Assembly (NCBI GenBank): GCA_014729795.1
Contig: WJJI01000014.1
Coordinates: 757 to 64,756 of the forward strand
From: Candidatus Moraniibacteriota bacterium
GTDB taxonomy: Bacteria > Patescibacteriota > Minisyncoccia > CAIUEV01 > JAHKAQ01
DNA: 64,000 nucleotides
Reading direction: 5' to 3'
Positions 59,063 through 64,000 of the stretch are shown in pieces. How positions within the stretch are numbered: position 1 is the first letter of the stretch; each line of letters begins with the position of its first letter. Below the pieces are notes generated by a model. The model did not search any database, was not told where the DNA came from, and saw only the letters and a program-made list of their open reading frames with translations. The translations under genes and the position numbers were made by a program.

Positions 59063-59917
59063 TCATTTTTCTATTTTAGCTTGTAAAGCCTGAACAACTT
59101 TATGAATAACCGGATCCGGGATTGAAGCCCCGGTACAGACCCAAATTTTTTGATTTGGTTTGATGTTTAAGTCTTGCACCTGTTCTGGTTTGTCAATAAA
59201 ATAAGTAGCCGGGTTGTTTTTTTTACAAATTTTATATAATTCCTTGGAATTAGCGCTGAATGGCGAGCCGATCACCACCACTTGATCAGCTTGACCCGCC
59301 TTTTCTCTGGCCTGTCTTTGTCTGTGATAGGTGGCTGAACAAATAGTATTATAAATTTTTAAATCAGAAAAGTTTTGTCTTAGGAATTTTTTTATTTCTT
59401 TAAACTCAGTGATATTTCGGGTGGTTTGCGACACAAGGCCCAGTCGGGTCTCTTTATTAATGTCTTGAGCCAACTCACTAAGTTCTTTTACACTAGCAAA
59501 CACCAAAGCTTTTTTATTGATCGAGCCGTTGATAGCTCGCACCTCTGAATGAGTTTTATCTCCAAATATTAAAACCGTTCGACCCTTAAGAGCCAAAAAG
59601 CGAGCCTTGGCAATCACCCTAGAAACTTTTGGGCAAATCGCGTTTAAAACTTTTATTTTTTTTGCCTTAAGCCGCTGAATAACTTTAGGGTCAACCCCAT
59701 GAGCTGTGATTATGACCGTTCCTTGCCAAGCTTGATCAATATTATCAATTTTTTTAATACCCCATTTCTTTGTTTCTTGTATTACATGTGTATTGTGCAC
59801 CAAGTCTCCTAAAATCTGTACCGGTTTTGGATATGATTTGTAGTTTTTCTTGACCAACTGATAAGCTCGACGCACTCCGGAGCAAAAACCAATTTTACTA
59901 GAAAGTTCTATAGCCAT
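59063..59917 (-). CDS. ispH: 4-hydroxy-3-methylbut-2-enyl diphosphate reductase
   Basis: GFCSGVRRA motif and conserved Cys/His positions for the [4Fe-4S] cluster (C12, C96, C194 region). Confidence 0.85.
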   Translation of the reverse strand: MAIELSSKIGFCSGVRRAYQLVKKNYKSYPKPVQILGDLVHNTHVIQETKKWGIKKIDNIDQAWQGTVIITAHGVDPKVIQRLKAKKIKVLNAICPKVSRVIAKARFLALKGRTVLIFGDKTHSEVRAINGSINKKALVFASVKELSELAQDINKETRLGLVSQTTRNITEFKEIKKFLRQNFSDLKIYNTICSATYHRQRQAREKAGQADQVVVIGSPFSANSKELYKICKKNNPATYFIDKPEQVQDLNIKPNQKIWVCTGASIPDPVIHKVVQALQAKIEK

Positions 59918-59983
59918 AAATATTTTTGTTAAGATCTTTAATCTTTTTATTAGCGTTAATCCGTAAGATAAATATTTTTGTTA

Positions 59984-61054
59984 TCAGTATTTTCTATTCA
60001 ATACATAATCAGCCAAAGCTAATAAAAATTCTTGGGTTTTGGTTGGCAGTTTTAGAGCCTTAAGTTCTAGCTTAGCCTGCTTTATTAATGCTTGGCTTTT
60101 TGCTTCACAATCATGAAGCGCCTTGGTCGAATGCGCCAACTGCTTATAGAAATCCAACTCCTTTTGATCGGGGGTCTGTTTTCGCTGTATCATTTGCTCT
60201 AGTTTTCTTTTTTCCGCCGGCTTAGACGCGATTAACATTTTCCTGGTCAGTAAAGTTTGTTTACCTTCTTGAATATCTGATCCGATATCTTTACCCAATT
60301 CTTTTTTAGAGCTAAAAATTCCAATCAAGTCATCTTTGATCTGATAAGCCACGCCTAAATTCATAGCATAATTAGCAAGCCCTCTTTCTAGTTGTTTCTT
60401 GCTTTGTCCCAACGCCAAGCCAATCAAAAGTGGATTTTCAAACGTGTATTTAGCTGTTTTTAGCATGTAGATATTAAGGATTTGCGTTTGAGTCAGGTTT
60501 TGATCATTGACGTTTAGATCCAAAGACTCGCCAGCCAGGGTATGAAATAAAGAATCATTCATTTGTTCCAAAATCCGTTGCTTCTTGTTTGCCTCTATAT
60601 GAGCTTGGTTTACAAGTTTAATGCTTAAATTAAAAGCCAAATCCGACGAGATAAAAGCCTGAGCTTGGCCAATTCTTTCAGCGTTCAGAGCGTTTAACCT
60701 CAATCGGCTTTGGTTTTGAGCGAAAAGCCGATATAAAGTTGGCCGCCCCCTTCTTGTTTGGTCTCGATCAAACACATCATCTTGGATTATCAAAAATGCG
60801 TGAATCAATTCTATGGCCGCGGCTAAGTCATAAACTATTTCTCTTTTTACCCGGCTTTGCGCTGCTTGGGCTCCTTGCATCACTAAAGCAGCTCTAAGTC
60901 TTTTGCCGCCGTTTAAAACAAAATGGCTAAAAGCCTGGTATTGTTTTTGAAAAGCCGGATTAATTTGAGCCGCTTTCTCGCTTTCTTGGTCAAGAATATT
61001 TCCAAGGTGGTCTTCGATTTGTTTTTTTACTTGATCAAGTTTTTTTCTGAGCAT
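59984..61054 (-). CDS. Polyprenyl diphosphate synthase (trans-IPPS; FPP/GGPP/longer)
   Basis: First DDxxD motif (LIIQDDVFD). The expected second Asp-rich motif is not a clean DDxxD: the region reads YQIKDDLIG. Overlaps folD by 20 bp. Confidence 0.85.
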   Translation of the reverse strand: MLRKKLDQVKKQIEDHLGNILDQESEKAAQINPAFQKQYQAFSHFVLNGGKRLRAALVMQGAQAAQSRVKREIVYDLAAAIELIHAFLIIQDDVFDRDQTRRGRPTLYRLFAQNQSRLRLNALNAERIGQAQAFISSDLAFNLSIKLVNQAHIEANKKQRILEQMNDSLFHTLAGESLDLNVNDQNLTQTQILNIYMLKTAKYTFENPLLIGLALGQSKKQLERGLANYAMNLGVAYQIKDDLIGIFSSKKELGKDIGSDIQEGKQTLLTRKMLIASKPAEKRKLEQMIQRKQTPDQKELDFYKQLAHSTKALHDCEAKSQALIKQAKLELKALKLPTKTQEFLLALADYVLNRKY

Positions 61055-61910
61055 GAGCTAGCTGATAGCAAATTAATAAATTTTCCAATAACATAGCAAT
61101 GGTCATTGGCCCGACCCCACCCGGCACCGGCGTAATAGCTCCGGCTTTTTGGGCCGCTGAGTCAAAATCAAAATCTCCCTGAAGCTTTTTACCCATTCTA
61201 GAGATTCCCACATCAATTAAAATTGAATCGGCTTTAATCATATCCGCTTTTATAAAACCAGGTTTACCAATAGCGGAAACCAGTAACTCGGCTTTTTGAG
61301 TATGATTTTTTAAATTTCGAGTTTGGCTATGACAAATAGTAACCGTACAATCTTGGTTCAACAATAATTGAGCCATGGGTTTGCCCACAATGTTGCTTCT
61401 GCCGATCACTACTGCCTGTAAGCCCTTTAAATCCAGTTTTAAACTTTGAATTAATCGCAAACAGCCCTTAGGAGTGCAAGGAGTCAAATCTTGGTCGCTG
61501 CCGGAGCTAAAGAATCGTCCCAAGTTTCTAGAAGTCAAACAGTCAACATCCTTAATCGGATCGATTAAATCGAGAACCGGTCCTGGTTCAATCGGTTCAG
61601 GCAAAGGCAGTTGCACTAAAATCCCGGTTGTTTTTGGATCATTGTTTAATTTTCTTATAGTCTGCTTAATTAAACAATTTCCTGATTTGTAAGCTTGAAT
61701 CGCCTGCTTTGCGTTAATCTTAATAACCTGAGAGATTACGCCGGCTTCATCGCAAGCTTTTTGTTTCATGCCAACGTAAACCCGGGACGCTTGATCTTCC
61801 CCAACCAAAATCACACTCAACTTAGCTTCAGCCTTTAAAGCAAGTAAGCGTTTTTTTACATCAGCTCTGATTCTTTTAGCTTGATTAGCTCCGTCAATAA
61901 TTTTTGTCAT
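61035..61910 (-). CDS. folD: Bifunctional methylenetetrahydrofolate dehydrogenase/cyclohydrolase
   Basis: VILVGEDQASRVYVGMKQKACDEAG and a C-terminal Rossmann block (GxSNIVGKPMAQLL). Confidence 0.9.
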   Translation of the reverse strand: MTKIIDGANQAKRIRADVKKRLLALKAEAKLSVILVGEDQASRVYVGMKQKACDEAGVISQVIKINAKQAIQAYKSGNCLIKQTIRKLNNDPKTTGILVQLPLPEPIEPGPVLDLIDPIKDVDCLTSRNLGRFFSSGSDQDLTPCTPKGCLRLIQSLKLDLKGLQAVVIGRSNIVGKPMAQLLLNQDCTVTICHSQTRNLKNHTQKAELLVSAIGKPGFIKADMIKADSILIDVGISRMGKKLQGDFDFDSAAQKAGAITPVPGGVGPMTIAMLLENLLICYQLAHAQKKT

Positions 61911-62546
61911 CTGGCTTGTTTATTTTATTTAAAAAAATTCTTAACCCTTATTTTGCTCTTTTTATATCATCTTAGCCTTTAAATGACAATTTGTCCTTAT
62001 TCTGCAACGCTGAGGTTTTTTGTGAAAAACAGAGAAATTATCTACTTGTTTTTTTTGGAATTTGACCACCTGTTTTACCACTGCAGCGATTAGAACAATT
62101 TTTAGGCTTGGAAGTAAAATGAAATTAAGAAACAGTCGAGCTAAATTAAGTAGCTATGAAAAAGGAATATTAGACAAATGTATTTTCCTCAAAACGCAAC
62201 CTTAAATCTGCAACGGCATTGGTTGACTTTAATTTACAAGCCTTATACTATTTTATCATACAGATACTGCAATCTTAAATTTTATTGTGACAGACCCAGA
62301 ATTATTTCATTTAGGTGATAAAGTTTTTCGTCGTAAAGAAAAAAGCACTTAGAGAACTTATAAGGTTATGTGAAAAAGCCCTTTAAGGAAAACCTGTCTA
62401 TATTTCTTTAATTTGGTCGGTGTGATTGTTAAGACAAGATTTGATACTTTAGGCATCTAGCCAGAACCTTGAGGGATATTGTGCTAGAAAAATTCAGAGA
62501 TTAATAATTTTAAAAAAAAGAATCGAAAACTTCAAATAAATATCTC

Positions 62547-64000
62547 ATGATTAAAATTAAACAGAATAATTCAAAAGTAGAAAATTATTATCAAAAAAAA
62601 AGCGGCTATAAACTGCAATATCCGCCAACCGAAAAAGCCAAACTTTTAATGCTTGATAATTTCCCGATCATGGGAAAGCTGACCGCTTTGCGTTTCATTG
62701 AATGGGTTTTGGAAAATAATGACGGAGTGGTGGCCTTGCCTACCGGAAAAACTCCGGAGCATTTTATCAAATGGAGCAAATATATTCTTCAAAACTGGAA
62801 TAAGAAAGAAATCAAGCAAATGCTTTCTGAGCATGGCCTCAAAAGCGGTAAAAAGCCCAAAATAAATCGTTTGAAATTCGTTCAAATCGACGACTTTTAT
62901 CCGATTTATCCGAAATGGAAAAACAGTTTTTATTATTATGTAAACAAATATTACTTGAAAGACTTCGGATTTTCAAAAGAAAAAGCCTTGTTAATAGACC
63001 CTTCAAGAACCGGTTTAAAAAAAGGAGAAGTTTTGGAGGATGTTTTTCCAAATTTTTTAGTGGATTTAAGCTTACGCTACCGAAAGGCTAAAACCAAGCT
63101 TGAAACAAGACAAAAGAGCGTAATTCAAGCTGTAGATGAATTTTGCCGGCAATATGAAGAGAAAATCAGAGATTTAGGCGGAATTGGTTTTTTTCTAGGC
63201 GGAATCGGTCCGGACGGCCACATCGCTTTTAATGTGTCCGGCAGCGACTTTCATTCCGACACCAGACTGACTAACATAAACTATGAAACAGCGGCGGCGG
63301 CCGCAACAGACTTGGGCGGTATTGAAGTAAGCAGAAAAAGACTGGTAATCACTATCGGACTTGAAACAATTGCTTATAATCCCGATGTCTGCGCCATTGT
63401 CATCGCCGCCGGAGAAGCCAAAAGCGAAATCGTGGCAAAAGCCGTTCAGGAAAAGGCGAGCATTAACTGTCCGGCTTCGATTCTGCAAAGAATAAAAAAC
63501 GGCGTTTTTTATTTAACCAAAGGAGCGGCCAAGCAATTGGAACAAAGAAATTTAATAGCTTTATCCCAGCGGAAAAAACTTGACGAAAAAGAAGAAAATA
63601 AAATAATTATCGATCATTCTTTAAAAAACAAGATTCAGATAAAAAACATCAAGGAAAATAAGGCAAAAAAAGATAAATTTTTAGCAATTCTGCTTCAAAA
63701 ATCAAATAAAAAATTAAACGATTTAAAAAAACAGACTAAAAAAAGCCTCACAAATTCCATTGAAAAATCGCAAAAATCGATCAAGAATGAGATCATTTTG
63801 CACACCAACCCTCATCATGACGATGAAATGCTGGGTTATTATCCTTTAATTCGCGACCTGATTAAGGAAGAATCCAATAAAAACTATTTTAATTATTTGA
63901 CTTCCGGCTTTACTTCGGTTTCAAACATTTATGTTTTAAAACAAGTAAAAACCGTTTTGGATCATATTGAAGCTTTGGATTTGGAAAAAAAATTTAAAAA
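62547..64000 (+). CDS. NagB-family (glucosamine-6-phosphate deaminase/6-phosphogluconolactonase-like) domain fused to a C-terminal LmbE/PIG-L-like deacetylase domain. 3'-truncated by the window edge and absent from the ORF track.
   Basis: My own in-frame translation from ATG 62547 to base 64000 contains no stop codon. It includes LPTGKTPEHF and GIGPDGHIAFNVSGSD (NagB signatures). After a K-rich linker comes ILHTNPHHDDEMLGYYPLI, the PIG-L/LmbE (A)HPDDE motif. The minus-strand ORFs at 62646-63488 in the track are antisense artefacts of this gene. Confidence 0.7.
   Translation, partial: MIKIKQNNSKVENYYQKKSGYKLQYPPTEKAKLLMLDNFPIMGKLTALRFIEWVLENNDGVVALPTGKTPEHFIKWSKYILQNWNKKEIKQMLSEHGLKSGKKPKINRLKFVQIDDFYPIYPKWKNSFYYYVNKYYLKDFGFSKEKALLIDPSRTGLKKGEVLEDVFPNFLVDLSLRYRKAKTKLETRQKSVIQAVDEFCRQYEEKIRDLGGIGFFLGGIGPDGHIAFNVSGSDFHSDTRLTNINYETAAAAATDLGGIEVSRKRLVITIGLETIAYNPDVCAIVIAAGEAKSEIVAKAVQEKASINCPASILQRIKNGVFYLTKGAAKQLEQRNLIALSQRKKLDEKEENKIIIDHSLKNKIQIKNIKENKAKKDKFLAILLQKSNKKLNDLKKQTKKSLTNSIEKSQKSIKNEIILHTNPHHDDEMLGYYPLIRDLIKEESNKNYFNYLTSGFTSVSNIYVLKQVKTVLDHIEALDLEKKFK

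Noticed and set aside
62646-63488. Three minus-strand ORFs (79, 70 and 97 aa) listed in the ORF track
   Set aside because: They lie antisense to an uninterrupted plus-strand frame longer than 480 aa with clear NagB and LmbE motifs. They are artefacts.
1-64000. Search for rRNA genes, transposases/IS elements, integrases and phage genes
   Set aside because: No ORF shows DDE/HTH transposase, tyrosine/serine recombinase or phage structural motifs. No rRNA-like conserved blocks were seen. The AT-rich islands lack flanking inverted or direct repeats that I could detect by eye.

Overview
This is a low-GC (~38-40%), gene-dense bacterial window with many overlapping or abutting genes and numerous membrane-anchored hypothetical proteins. 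It looks like a small-genome, possibly CPR/Patescibacteria-like organism; that taxonomic guess is inference from gene content and compaction only.

Housekeeping content I can support:
- A 5'-truncated UDP-glucuronate decarboxylase-like epimerase, gatA, a PBP5-type D,D-carboxypeptidase and mraY.
- thrS without an N-terminal TGS domain, a MiaB-family methylthiotransferase, miaA, metG and a TatD nuclease.
- An RNase P RNA and two tRNAs on the minus strand, tRNA-Thr(CGU) and tRNA-Leu(UAG).
- A partial MEP/isoprenoid cluster (dxs, ispD, ispH, a polyprenyl synthase) followed by folD.
- A WbaP-like initiating sugar phosphotransferase and two GT4 glycosyltransferases.

Accessory content worth attention:
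1. A minus-strand type IV secretion-like operon (6925-17292). It holds a VirB2/TrbC-like pilin, a VirB4 ATPase that appears split by a frameshift, a PrgI/VirB3-like protein, a polytopic VirB6-like protein, and a 676-aa secreted protein with five tandem Asp-box/beta-propeller-like repeats. No coupling protein or relaxase is present in the window.
2. A surface-protein locus (26282-32560) with an SbsA/Ig-like adhesin carrying a CEECEEC cysteine-acidic repeat, and a dockerin-like protein.
3. A 2-hydroxyacyl-CoA dehydratase-activator-like ATPase plus two DUF2229/HgdB-like proteins, next to a CDP-alcohol phosphatidyltransferase.
4. Two strongly AT-rich islands. One (17300-19100) holds a GT-C membrane glycosyltransferase. 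The other (44550-48500) holds an orphan polytopic sensor histidine kinase, a non-canonical radical-SAM-like protein and a GNAT-like protein.
5. An envelope glycosylation locus (49004-55670) with Wzz-like, DUF4012-like and two more GT-C/GT39 genes.
6. A long plus-strand ORF (62547 to the window end) encoding a NagB-like/LmbE-like fusion. It is missing from the supplied ORF track because it has no stop codon inside the window.

I found no CRISPR array, rRNA gene or obvious transposase.
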